A stretch of DNA of 64,000 nt from Clostridia bacterium (GTDB lineage Bacteria; Bacillota; Clostridia; Oscillospirales; UBA644). Of this stretch, positions 45,007-53,985 are shown piece after piece. Every line of letters starts with the position of its first letter. The first letter of the stretch is position 1. The DNA lies in contig JAGAOU010000039.1 of assembly GCA_017623595.1 (NCBI GenBank), forward strand, positions 6,538-70,537. Reading direction: 5' to 3'. The translations under genes and the position numbers were made by a program. The notes under the pieces were generated by a model. The model searched no databases. It was not told the DNA's origin and saw only the letters and a list, made by a program, of their open reading frames with translations.

Positions 45007-46335
45007 ATGGCAAATCCCATGATTGCCGTGGTCGGTCGCCCCAATGTGGGGAAATCGACGCTCTTCAACAAAATTGTAGGTCAGCGACTTTCCATTATCG
45101 AGGACACCCCCGGTGTGACCCGTGACCGTATTTATTGTGATTTTGAATGGCGTGCCCGTACCTGCACGTTGATTGATACGGGTGGTATTGAGCCCGCTAC
45201 GGGGGACGAAATTCTCGATCAGATGCGTCGCCAGGCGCAGATTGCCATTGATCAGGCCGATGCGGTGATTTTTGTGACCGATATTAAATCCGGTGTCACC
45301 GACGCGGACGTTGAAGTTGCCCGTATGCTGATGAAGGCGGGCAAAAATGTGGTTCTTTGCGTCAATAAGATCGACCGTCCCGGGGACAATCCCCCCGAGT
45401 TTTATGAGTTTTATAATCTCGGTATGGGTGATCCCGTGGCTGTTTCCTCCGTCCATGGCTTGGGGATCGGCGACCTCTTGGATGCGGTTTATGCCTATCT
45501 TCCCAATCCCGAGGAGGAGGAAGAAGGGGACAAGACCATTAAGGTAGCCCTGATCGGACGTCCCAATGTGGGTAAATCTTCCCTGGTTAACTACATTCTC
45601 GGCGAGAAGCGTATGATCGTCTCCGATATTCCCGGTACCACCCGTGATGCGGTGGATACGGTGAAGGAGAACAAGTACGGAAAGTTCTGCTTTATCGATA
45701 CTGCAGGCATACGCCGCAAGAATAAGGTGTATGATAATATCGAGCAATATTCCATCGTTCGCTCTTACATGGCCATCGACCGTGCCGACGTGGTGCTGAT
45801 TCTTATCGACGCCTCCCGCGGCGTGACCGACCAGGATGTGAAGATTGCAGGCTTTGCCCACGAACGGGGAAAGGCTTCCATTATTCTGGTCAACAAATGG
45901 GATCTGGTGGAAAAAGACACCTATACCATGGATCAGATGAAGAACGATATCAAGGAAGAACTGAAATATATGTCCTATGCCCCTGTTCTTTTTATTTCTG
46001 CCAAAACGGGGCAGCGGGTCGATAAGCTTTATCCTCTCATCTGCTCGGTGCATGAGCAGCACTCCCGCCGCATCACAACCGGGGTTCTGAACGATATTCT
46101 GGCCGATGCCACAATCCGCGTTCAGCCTCCCTCCGATAAGGGAAAGCGTCTGAAAATTCTGTATATGACCCAGGCTTCCACCAATCCCCCCTCCTTTGTT
46201 ATTTTCTGCAACGATGCCTCGCTGTTCCATTTTTCCTATCAACGTTATATCGAAAATCAGATCCGTGCGGTCTTTGGGCTGGAAGGAACCCCCGTCCGCC
46301 TCTTCATCCGTGAAAGGGGAGAAAACGATCGATGA
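45007..46335 (+). CDS. der: ribosome-biogenesis GTPase Der (EngA), tandem G domains
   Basis: Two P-loops (GRPNVGKST, GRPNVGKSS), DTGG/DTAG and NKID/NKWD motifs, and a KH-like C-terminus. Confidence 0.95.
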   Translation: MANPMIAVVGRPNVGKSTLFNKIVGQRLSIIEDTPGVTRDRIYCDFEWRARTCTLIDTGGIEPATGDEILDQMRRQAQIAIDQADAVIFVTDIKSGVTDADVEVARMLMKAGKNVVLCVNKIDRPGDNPPEFYEFYNLGMGDPVAVSSVHGLGIGDLLDAVYAYLPNPEEEEEGDKTIKVALIGRPNVGKSSLVNYILGEKRMIVSDIPGTTRDAVDTVKENKYGKFCFIDTAGIRRKNKVYDNIEQYSIVRSYMAIDRADVVLILIDASRGVTDQDVKIAGFAHERGKASIILVNKWDLVEKDTYTMDQMKNDIKEELKYMSYAPVLFISAKTGQRVDKLYPLICSVHEQHSRRITTGVLNDILADATIRVQPPSDKGKRLKILYMTQASTNPPSFVIFCNDASLFHFSYQRYIENQIRAVFGLEGTPVRLFIRERGENDR

Positions 46336-46979
46336 ACTGGTTGTTTTTGATTCTTACGTTTTTGGTCGGTTACCTTGTGGGAAGTGTTAACCTTTCTCTT
46401 GTGGTGACCAAGTACATCGGTAAAATTGACATCTATTCCGTCGGCAGCGGAAATGCGGGAGGAACCAATGTGGCCCGTTCCATGGGGCTTGGTTGGGGAA
46501 TCTCCGTTATGGCCGCCGAAATTTCCAAAAGCATGGTGTTCGGATGCCTTGCCAAGTATGTGTTTCCCGGGGATCTCTTCGCCTTTGGTGAACCCGTCGG
46601 TCCCGCATTTACGGGCGCTGTATTGGTCGCAGGGTGCCTGTTGGGAAATTTCTTCCCCTGCTTTGCCCATTTCAAGGGGGGGAAGGGTGTTTCGGTCATG
46701 GGCGGTCTTCTGATCGTTCTCGATTACCGTATTTTCCTCATTGTTTTGGCTTCCTTCCTTTTGATTCTTCTGCTCTTCCGCATGGTTTCTCTCTCGTCTT
46801 TGCTTTGCGGAATCGTGATTCCCGTTTGCATTGCACTGTTCTATCACGGAAACCCCGGCTGGATCTGGCTCACCGCCCTGTCGGCCGTCATGTGTGCTTC
46901 TGTGTGGGTGCGTCATGCGGGGAATATCAAGCGAATCCTTAACGGCACCGAGCGCAAAATCGGTTCCAAAAAGAAATAA
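46332..46979 (+). CDS. plsY: glycerol-3-phosphate acyltransferase PlsY
   Basis: ATGA overlap with der. GSGNAGGTNVAR and FKGGKG motifs. Confidence 0.92.
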   Translation: MNWLFLILTFLVGYLVGSVNLSLVVTKYIGKIDIYSVGSGNAGGTNVARSMGLGWGISVMAAEISKSMVFGCLAKYVFPGDLFAFGEPVGPAFTGAVLVAGCLLGNFFPCFAHFKGGKGVSVMGGLLIVLDYRIFLIVLASFLLILLLFRMVSLSSLLCGIVIPVCIALFYHGNPGWIWLTALSAVMCASVWVRHAGNIKRILNGTERKIGSKKK

Positions 46980-46991
46980 GCATAGAAATTT

Positions 46992-47021
46992 ACCGATGCT
47001 CCTCTGTGGGCATCGGTTTTT
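46992..47021 (+). terminator. Intrinsic terminator of der-plsY
   Basis: ACCGATGC (46992..46999) / GCATCGGT (47010..47017) plus TTTT. Confidence 0.65.
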
Positions 47022-47023
47022 GC

Positions 47024-47052
47024 TTGACATTTTATATTGTTTATGATATAAT
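47024..47052 (+). promoter_or_regulatory. SigA-type promoter of the lipoprotein gene
   Basis: -35 TTGACA (47024..47029), 17-bp spacer, -10 TATAAT (47047..47052). Confidence 0.6.
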
Positions 47053-47087
47053 TAAAAAAGGTATTACAAAGAAATGAGTGAATTGCC

Positions 47088-48398
47088 ATGAAACGCACCG
47101 TCGCATTTTTTATGCTTCTGATGATTCTTCTCTTGACCGCCTGCGGGGAAGGGGAGAGCACATCCTCGAATAATACGGATACAACACCTTCGGTATCTTC
47201 TTCGGATATGACCGATATTACTGACAGTAATGAGGATGTTACGTCTTCCGAGTTTGCTTCTCAATCCTCCACAGTCAGTACCAATGAGACTTCCGATTCC
47301 GCCTCCGATGTGTCATCGGAATCGCAAACCGCTTCCACTGACATTACCACCGATACGGAGGCTGCCGATTCAACCGTTTCAGAGGAGATCCCCGCCCCCC
47401 CCGATCCGTTGCAGGTGATTGCGGGCGGGGTGGAGGAGACCGAACTGCTGACGGGGGATTTGGTGGCAACCTCGGTTTGTACCTTGAAGAACCTTCCCGT
47501 GGGGAATGCGGTTCAGCGCTTTTTTCTGATTATGGTGGAGGAGCAACTTTATATCTTTACCACCCAGCGAAGCGGTACCACTACCTATCTTTCCCGTTGC
47601 CGTTACGATCCGAAAACCAAACTTGCTTATTGCTTGGATTCCATTTCTTTGCAGGGATATGGCCATGGGGAATCCTTGGAGGTGCGCGTTCGGAACGGAA
47701 AGGTTTATGTTTACGTGGGGGCGGAGGCAAACATGGCCAATTCCTATGCCTGGTCTCTGGAAATTTCCCGCTTTGTTTATGACAAGGGAAAGAAAACCGA
47801 GGAGTGCAAGCTGGGTGATTTTGAGTATGCCACAAAGGACGGATATCCGCTGCACAGCGGCGCAACTTCCTATCGGGTCAATTTCTCCCTTAATGAAGAA
47901 TCCGACCGTTTTCTGATCTATGTCCGTTGCGATACGAACTTTGATAAGAGCTATTGGCACTATTTTGTTTCCTATCGCCTGTCCGAATTGGATCGGATTC
48001 TGGATGAAGAAGGCTCCATCTCCATTCTCGGATGTAAATCCGCATTTCTGGAAAATCATGGGGTGTATAATAAATGTCCTCACGGAAGCTTCCAAGGGAT
48101 GGATCTTTGCGCGGATGGCAAGACCGTGTATGTCTGCGGTGGTGCGGAAGGGGAACAGCCTCAGATTCAACGATCCCATATCGGGGATCCATTTATGAAG
48201 CCCGATGAACTCTGTAACATCACCGAAATTTATTCTGCCCGAATCGGAATGAGCCGAGAATACATAACAACTCTGAAGGTTTTACCCGAAATCGAATCCT
48301 TCCAGCAGTTTAACGGTCGTTTTTATGTTTCCTTCAATCCGGGGAGCGGTCTGAAGAAGAATAATACGGAGATTTTCGTGCTTTCCCTTGCATCATGA
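47088..48398 (+). CDS. lipoprotein of unknown function (Ser/Thr/Asp-rich linker plus a ~330-aa beta-rich domain)
   Basis: Signal peptide with lipobox (MKRTVAFFMLLMILLLTAC). About 90 aa of S/T/D-rich low complexity follow, then a globular region with repeated hydrophobic-Gly patterns suggestive of a beta-propeller. No motif that I can name. Confidence 0.75.
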   Translation: MKRTVAFFMLLMILLLTACGEGESTSSNNTDTTPSVSSSDMTDITDSNEDVTSSEFASQSSTVSTNETSDSASDVSSESQTASTDITTDTEAADSTVSEEIPAPPDPLQVIAGGVEETELLTGDLVATSVCTLKNLPVGNAVQRFFLIMVEEQLYIFTTQRSGTTTYLSRCRYDPKTKLAYCLDSISLQGYGHGESLEVRVRNGKVYVYVGAEANMANSYAWSLEISRFVYDKGKKTEECKLGDFEYATKDGYPLHSGATSYRVNFSLNEESDRFLIYVRCDTNFDKSYWHYFVSYRLSELDRILDEEGSISILGCKSAFLENHGVYNKCPHGSFQGMDLCADGKTVYVCGGAEGEQPQIQRSHIGDPFMKPDELCNITEIYSARIGMSREYITTLKVLPEIESFQQFNGRFYVSFNPGSGLKKNNTEIFVLSLAS

Positions 48399-48411
48399 GA
48401 GTGTTTGATTT

Positions 48412-49140
48412 ATGATTGATGTTCTGAAGTTTGTCGCTGTGGCCTTTGTCAGTATGGGCGGGGCCTTTGTACAGCGGACCAGCGGCTTTGGGTTCGGCAT
48501 TTTTGTGATGCTCTTTTTTCCGTATCTGATGCCTTCCCATGCCTCTGCTGCTGCGGTTTCGAGCTTTCTGTCCTGTGGGACCTCTACCTACAATGCGGTG
48601 ACAAATCGCAAGCATCTGCGGCTGAAATTGGTGTTTCCTATGCTGATTTCCGCTGCGTTGGTGATCCCTTTTGCGGTGTATTTTTCCGCATATGCCTCTG
48701 CTCGTGTGATGAAAATTATGTTGGGATGCGTGCTGATTCTCTTCAGTCTCTATTTTCTTTTCCTTGGAGGAAAGGTACGCTTGCGTCCCACTATGGTCAA
48801 CGGTTTGATTTCGGGTACGTTGGGCGGCGCTCTCAGTGGTTTGTTTTCCACAGGGGGACCTCCCGCGGTGTTGTATCTCGTCCACGCGACGGAGGATAAG
48901 CAGATCTATTTTGCTACCATCCAGACCTATTTTTTGCTCACAAATCTTTATTCTACCGTCTTTCGGGTGATTAACGGTGTCATTGATCGCAATGTGATCT
49001 TCTTTGCATTGGTGGGTGCCGTGGGAGCCATTCTCGGAAATTTCCTCGGAAGCGCTGTTTTTCGCCGTCTGAACGAGCGGAAGCTTAAGCTTGTTATTTA
49101 TATCGGAATGATTATCAGCGGCATTTTAATGCTGTTTTAA
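48412..49140 (+). CDS. TauE/SafE (DUF81) family anion exporter-like membrane protein
   Basis: 242 aa and polytopic. The N-terminal GGAFVQRTSGFGFGIF and the second-half GTLGGALSGLFSTGGPP repeats are typical of TauE/SafE. Confidence 0.8.
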   Translation: MIDVLKFVAVAFVSMGGAFVQRTSGFGFGIFVMLFFPYLMPSHASAAAVSSFLSCGTSTYNAVTNRKHLRLKLVFPMLISAALVIPFAVYFSAYASARVMKIMLGCVLILFSLYFLFLGGKVRLRPTMVNGLISGTLGGALSGLFSTGGPPAVLYLVHATEDKQIYFATIQTYFLLTNLYSTVFRVINGVIDRNVIFFALVGAVGAILGNFLGSAVFRRLNERKLKLVIYIGMIISGILMLF

Positions 49141-49151
49141 GGAGTGATTTT

Positions 49152-49445
49152 ATGTTTTGTCCCAAATGCGGCGAAAAGGTTCGTGATAATGCGGCGGTTT
49201 GTTCTTCCTGCGGTTGTGCAATGCGTCAAAAGAACGATGCGCCTCCCACCTATGACACGTCCCGTGCTTCAGGCGGTAAAATTTTTCTTTCATTGATGAT
49301 CCCCATTGTCGGAATCGCTTTTTGGTTCTCCTCTCGGGAAAAGGAGCCCAATGCGGCAAAAACATATTTGATGTGCGGCCTTATTTCCTGGGGCCTCGCC
49401 GCCATGGAATCATTCCTCCTACTGGGGATCCTGCTGAACCCATAA
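49152..49445 (+). CDS. zinc-ribbon domain membrane protein (97 aa)
   Basis: RBS AAGGAG. MFCPKCGEKV...CSSCG zinc ribbon followed by two TM helices. Confidence 0.65.
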   Translation: MFCPKCGEKVRDNAAVCSSCGCAMRQKNDAPPTYDTSRASGGKIFLSLMIPIVGIAFWFSSREKEPNAAKTYLMCGLISWGLAAMESFLLLGILLNP

Positions 49446-49481
49446 ACGTAGATCAATGCATAATCAAATCAACCTTTAATG

Positions 49482-49518
49482 AAAAAAAGCGGAAGAGCAT
49501 GAGGCTCTTCCGTTTTTT
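49482..49518. terminator. Bidirectional intrinsic terminator
   Basis: CGGAAGAGC (49490..49498) / GCTCTTCCG (49504..49512), flanked by an A-run (49482..49488) and a T-run (49513..49518). It lies between convergent genes. Confidence 0.8.
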
Positions 49519-49524
49519 GAAATG

Positions 49525-50064
49525 TTAATTCGCCAAGGTGACATTTTTTCCTATGGCGGGGGAGAAGACTGTGTCGAAGATTTCGTGGTACTGCTCAAAG
49601 CAGACCCGGCCTCCCACCGTTAAAACCAGCATTTTTACGCCGAAAAGCCAAACCTTGAAGTCCATGATCTCCATGCCGTTGCGCAGGTAAAATCCCCTGC
49701 GACGCAGGCGCTCGGGGGTGTTGTCTGCGGGCTCCTCGGGGTCTTCAATCTCCAGCAGGATGATTTTGCCCGAATACCGCTCCCGAAGCAAACGCAGCAC
49801 CTCTGTTCCGATGCCTTTGCCGCGCCCCTCGGGTGCGATGGCGAAATAGTCAAGCAGGGCAATGTTCTTATGATGGATCATGATCACCAGCCCAAGAAAT
49901 TCTCCCGTTTCGTTTTCCACGCTCATCAATTCCATGGAACCTTCCTCTTGCTTTTTCAGCATCAAGGGGAAGGGCTTTTTTTCGTCTGCGGGGAAGGCGG
50001 TTTCGTAAAGATCCCGCAACCGATCCATATTCTCCTTCGGGGGAGCGAAGTTTAAGTGTATCAT
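49525..50064 (-). CDS. GNAT-family N-acetyltransferase
   Basis: 179 aa. The acetyl-CoA binding segment is LLDYFAIAPEGRGKGIGTEVL (R/Q-x-x-G-x-G/A). Confidence 0.8.
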   Translation of the reverse strand: MIHLNFAPPKENMDRLRDLYETAFPADEKKPFPLMLKKQEEGSMELMSVENETGEFLGLVIMIHHKNIALLDYFAIAPEGRGKGIGTEVLRLLRERYSGKIILLEIEDPEEPADNTPERLRRRGFYLRNGMEIMDFKVWLFGVKMLVLTVGGRVCFEQYHEIFDTVFSPAIGKNVTLAN

Positions 50065-50065
50065 A

Positions 50066-50944
50066 TTATTTGTCCCAGGGGTTGGGGGTAAAATCCCCGC
50101 ACCGTGCCCATTTCAGATAATTCAATGCATGCAGTTGGCCTGTCATTTCCCAATCCTTGACGTAGATGGGATCATGATACCCTTCAATGCAGATGTCGCC
50201 TTCGTATCCCACCATGTGAAGATATGTAATAATGGTGCGCCAGTCGCAATCTCCCAGGCCGGGCATGCGGTGCCACACATAGGTATTTGGGCCGTAAAGA
50301 CCTTCTTCTTCGATAATCTTGCGGTCTACCGTGGCATCTTTTCCGTGAATATGAAGGATTTTCTTTCCGTATTTACGGATTTGAGGCATGGGGTCGATCA
50401 ACTGACAGAGCTGGTGGGTGGGTTCCCATTCCAGACCGAGATTCTCTGCGGGAACCTCATGGAACATCATGTCCCATGCACGGGGGTGGAAGCCGATGTT
50501 GCAGGTGGTCTTGTTCCATTTGCCACCCATGGGGCAGTTTTCGATAACAAGGTTCAGTCCCTTATCTGCTGCGCGCTTTGCCAACTCAGAAAACACTTCC
50601 TTGAATTTCGGCATCGATGCGTCCACGGATTCTCCCGTCAGCGCACCTGCAAAGGTACCTACATTTTTTGCTCCGAAGAGAGGCGCGGAATCAATGACGT
50701 ATTCCAGTGCCTTTTTGTGATCTTCGTTTGCAAGGGGATTGCAATAGAGGCCGATGGTGGTGATGGGAATATCGGTGCCTTCCAGGATCTGCTTTGTTTT
50801 CTCGGACAGAGCTTTCAGGTCTGCGCCCGCCAGCTCCATGTGCCAGTTGAGTGAGAAGCTTTCGAATCCCATTTTGGACATGGGCTCCAGCCAGCGTTCC
50901 ACATTTCCGCCGGGAATACAGGTCCCGATCTTATACTGTTCCAT
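50066..50944 (-). CDS. sugar phosphate isomerase/epimerase (xylose-isomerase-like TIM barrel)
   Basis: 292 aa. LVIENCP, GLEWEPTH, HIHGKD and ICIEGYHD metal-ligand-type segments. RBS AAAGGAGA. A 1-nt gap separates it from the GNAT gene. Confidence 0.82.
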   Translation of the reverse strand: MEQYKIGTCIPGGNVERWLEPMSKMGFESFSLNWHMELAGADLKALSEKTKQILEGTDIPITTIGLYCNPLANEDHKKALEYVIDSAPLFGAKNVGTFAGALTGESVDASMPKFKEVFSELAKRAADKGLNLVIENCPMGGKWNKTTCNIGFHPRAWDMMFHEVPAENLGLEWEPTHQLCQLIDPMPQIRKYGKKILHIHGKDATVDRKIIEEEGLYGPNTYVWHRMPGLGDCDWRTIITYLHMVGYEGDICIEGYHDPIYVKDWEMTGQLHALNYLKWARCGDFTPNPWDK

Positions 50945-50956
50945 GATATATCTCCT

Positions 50957-50995
50957 TTAAAAAGAATGCTCCCGTATTGAAATCAACACGGGAGC
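50957..50995 (-). terminator. Intrinsic terminator of pnp
   Basis: GCTCCCGT / ACGGGAGC (50968..50975 / 50988..50995), followed on the minus strand by ATTCTTTTT. Confidence 0.65.
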
Positions 50996-51004
50996 GGAAT
51001 CTTG

Positions 51005-53125
51005 TTACTGGTTGTTCTGCTGAGCGATCAAATCGCGGAGCGCTTCTTTACGGGAGAGGTTGATTCTGCCCTGATCGTCGATCTCGGTGACCTTGATCCA
51101 GATTTCGTCGCCCACGTTGACAACGTCTTCTACCTTGCCTACGCGACGTTCATCCAGCTGAGAAATGTGAACCAGACCTTCTTTGCCGGGAACGAATTCC
51201 GCAAAGGCGCCGAAGTTCATCAGGCGGGTAACCTTCGCCTTGTAGATGGTTCCGATTTCGGGACCTTCCACGATAGTGCGGATGATGCGCATGGCGTTTT
51301 CGCCGTTTTCTTTGTTGACGTAGAGAACCTGGCAGGATCCGTCATCTTCCACGTTGATTTTAACGTTGTTTTCAGCGGTGATGCGCTGAATAACCTTACC
51401 GCCGGTACCGATGACTTCGCGGATCTTGTCGGTGGGAATCTTATAGGACAGGATCTTGGGAGCGTATTCGGACAGTTCGGCTCTGGGAGCGGGAATGGCC
51501 TTGAGGATGATCTCGTTGATGATCTTTTCGCGGCCGGCCTTGGTCTGTTCGAAGGCCTTCTTGATGATCTCGTAGGAAAGACCGTCCACCTTAATATCCA
51601 TCTGAATGGAGGTGATGCCCTTCATGGTACCTGCTACCTTGAAGTCCATATCGCCGTAGAAGTCTTCCAAGCCCTGAATGTCCACCATGGTGATCCAGCG
51701 ATCTTCGTCGGTGACCAGACCGCAGGAGATACCTGCAACGGGAGCCTTAATGGGAACACCTGCATCCATCAGCGCCAGGGTGGAGCCGCAGACGGAGCCC
51801 TGAGAAGTGGAGCCGTTAGAGGAGAGAACCTCGGAGACCAGACGGATGGCATAGGGGAATTCCTCCACAGAGGGAAGAACGGGAACGAGAGAACGTTCTG
51901 CCAATGCTCCGTGCCCGATTTCACGACGGCCTGCACCGCGGTTGGACTTTGCTTCGCCGGTGGAATAGCCGGGCATATTGTAATGATGCATATAGCGCTT
52001 GGTTTCTTCGTTGTCCACACCGTCCAGAATCTGTGCTTCGGAGATGGAGCCCAGGGTGGCGATGGTCAGAACCTGCGTCTGACCGCGGCTGAACAGACCG
52101 GAACCGTGAACGCGGGGGAGAATGCCTGCTTCGGCGTAGAGAGGACGGATGTCTTCCAGTCCACGGCCGTCTACACGTTCGTGGTCATTGATGATCATAT
52201 CGCGGACGATCATCTTTTCGATCTTATAGACCGCTTCGCCGATGGCGGCGGAGGAGTCGGGATATTTCTCTGCAAATTCAGCTTCGATTTCGGCGGTCAC
52301 GGCGGCAACCTGAGCGTCACGGACGTCCTTGTCGTCGGTCTTCATGGCAACCTTGATCTTCTCGCCGGCGAAAGCGATGATGTCTTCCAACATGCCTTCG
52401 GGGAGGGTGTGGGCTTCGTATTCAAACTTGGGCTTGCCGATTTCGGCCTTGATGCCTTCGATGAATTCAACGATCTTCTTGATTTCCTTATGGGCTTCCA
52501 GAATACCGTTGTACATCACGTCATCGGGAATTTCGTTGGCGCCTGCTTCGATCATAACGATCTTGTCGGCAGAAGCGGCAACGGTGACCGCCATTTCGGA
52601 AACAGCGCGCTGTTCCTCGGTGGGGTTGATGACATATTCGCCGTCAACATAACCCAGAAGAACGCCACCGATGGGGCCCTTCCAAGGAATGTCGGAAATG
52701 GAGATTGCAACGGAGGCACCGATCATAGCGGTGATATCGGGAGAGCAATCCTGATCCACTGCCATCAGCGTCAGGCTGACCACAACGTCATTTCTCATAT
52801 CCTTGGGGAAGAGAGGACGGATGGGACGGTCGATGACACGGGCGGTGAGGATAGCCTTTTCGCTGGGCTTACCTTCACGCTTCATGAAGGAGCCGGGAAT
52901 GCGACCGACGGAATAGAGCTTTTCTTCATAATCCACAGCGAGGGGGAAGAAGTCGATTCCGTCACGGGGCTTTTCGGATGCGGTGGCGCAGGCCAGCACG
53001 CAGGTTTCGCCGTAGCGGATCATAGCGGAGCCGTTGGCAAGACCGGCAAACTTACCGGTTTCCACGACCAGAGGACGACCTGCGACGGTGGTTTCGAACT
53101 TGCGATAGTTTTCGTAGATGTTCAT
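51005..53125 (-). CDS. pnp: polyribonucleotide nucleotidyltransferase (PNPase)
   Basis: Two RNase PH domains, a KH domain and a C-terminal S1 domain (GTIYKAKVTRLMNFGAFAEF). Start ATG 53125 (MNIYENYRKFET...) follows RBS AAAGGAAAAG. Confidence 0.95.
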   Translation of the reverse strand: MNIYENYRKFETTVAGRPLVVETGKFAGLANGSAMIRYGETCVLACATASEKPRDGIDFFPLAVDYEEKLYSVGRIPGSFMKREGKPSEKAILTARVIDRPIRPLFPKDMRNDVVVSLTLMAVDQDCSPDITAMIGASVAISISDIPWKGPIGGVLLGYVDGEYVINPTEEQRAVSEMAVTVAASADKIVMIEAGANEIPDDVMYNGILEAHKEIKKIVEFIEGIKAEIGKPKFEYEAHTLPEGMLEDIIAFAGEKIKVAMKTDDKDVRDAQVAAVTAEIEAEFAEKYPDSSAAIGEAVYKIEKMIVRDMIINDHERVDGRGLEDIRPLYAEAGILPRVHGSGLFSRGQTQVLTIATLGSISEAQILDGVDNEETKRYMHHYNMPGYSTGEAKSNRGAGRREIGHGALAERSLVPVLPSVEEFPYAIRLVSEVLSSNGSTSQGSVCGSTLALMDAGVPIKAPVAGISCGLVTDEDRWITMVDIQGLEDFYGDMDFKVAGTMKGITSIQMDIKVDGLSYEIIKKAFEQTKAGREKIINEIILKAIPAPRAELSEYAPKILSYKIPTDKIREVIGTGGKVIQRITAENNVKINVEDDGSCQVLYVNKENGENAMRIIRTIVEGPEIGTIYKAKVTRLMNFGAFAEFVPGKEGLVHISQLDERRVGKVEDVVNVGDEIWIKVTEIDDQGRINLSRKEALRDLIAQQNNQ

Positions 53126-53341
53126 GTCTTTTCCTTTCTGTTCCGATGCCCCCATCTGTTCCGGCAGTTATCAAAAAGTCCGTCAAACGGGCTCTTTCAT
53201 AACTGCTGAATCCAGAAAACGCGGGGGTCGGATTTTTTTGTTGATAATTTGGATCAGTGGGCTTCTTTTTTTGGGGATGACGGCAAAAAACAAAGCCATC
53301 TGCCGGAGGCAAACCAACGGACAAATGACTTTGCGTTGCCC

Positions 53342-53371
53342 GGCGGGGGAGAGCCGAGGCTCCCCTCCGTC
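53342..53371 (-). other. GC-rich hairpin just downstream of the rpsO stop (rpsO attenuator / pnp-leader processing-type stem)
   Basis: 14-bp stem with one mismatch and two G-U pairs, 2-nt apex, no U-tract. Confidence 0.45.
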
Positions 53372-53386
53372 AGTACCGGGACCGAA

Positions 53387-53650
53387 TCACTTTCTCAGGC
53401 CGAGCTTCTCAACGATGGCACGGTAACGCATGATGTCCTTCTTCTTCAGATAGTTCAACATGTTTCTGCGCTGACCGACCATTTTCTGAAGGCCACGACG
53501 GGAATGGAAATCCTTGGGGTTGGCTTTCAGGTGCTCGGTGAGGTCCTTGATGCGGGTGGTCAGAATGGCAACCTGCACTTCGGGAGAACCGGTGTCAACG
53601 TCGCTTCTGCGGTTGGCTTCGATGATTTGGGTCTTGGTTTCTTTCAGCAT
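53387..53650 (-). CDS. rpsO: 30S ribosomal protein S15
   Basis: 87 aa. ...[60 protein letters not shown]. Confidence 0.95.
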   Translation of the reverse strand: MLKETKTQIIEANRRSDVDTGSPEVQVAILTTRIKDLTEHLKANPKDFHSRRGLQKMVGQRRNMLNYLKKKDIMRYRAIVEKLGLRK

Positions 53651-53751
53651 AATGCTTCCTCCTGCGCCGCTCTTGGCGGCAATTAAAATTATTCACCGTA
53701 AAATAAGTCGCGGTCGGAGTTGTCCGTCAACCGATTTTCGGCATCCTACAT

Positions 53752-53780
53752 ATTATATCATATTATTCCCCGATTGTAAA
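53752..53780 (-). promoter_or_regulatory. SigA-type promoter of rpsO
   Basis: -35 TTTACA (53780..53775), 17-bp spacer, -10 TATAAT (53757..53752). It leaves a leader of about 95 nt. Confidence 0.55.
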
Positions 53781-53922
53781 GGGTGAAATCTGAAAAATTT
53801 ATGAATTTTTCGAATTTATTCGATTGTAGGATTCCAATGTTTTCTCCGCCCTCTTTTTATATGACATTATCCGTACAAAAGCGGCTTTTTTCTGAACTGT
53901 TCTTTGCGAAATCGGTTTTTAC

Positions 53923-53951
53923 TGGACAAACCGTTGGGAATTGTGTATAAT
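53923..53951 (+). promoter_or_regulatory. SigA-type promoter of the MFS/BNR gene pair
   Basis: -35 TGGACA (53923..53928), 17-bp spacer, -10 TATAAT (53946..53951). Confidence 0.5.
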
Positions 53952-53985
53952 GAGGTATCATTAAATGCAAAAGGGAGCGATCAAC

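Noticed and set aside
53965-53985. A leaderless mRNA start for the MFS gene at ATG 53965
   Set aside because: This is possible, since the ATG is about 6 nt past the likely TSS. However, an in-frame GTG 53986 with a good AAGGGAG RBS explains the locus more simply. It cannot be decided without TSS or proteomic data.
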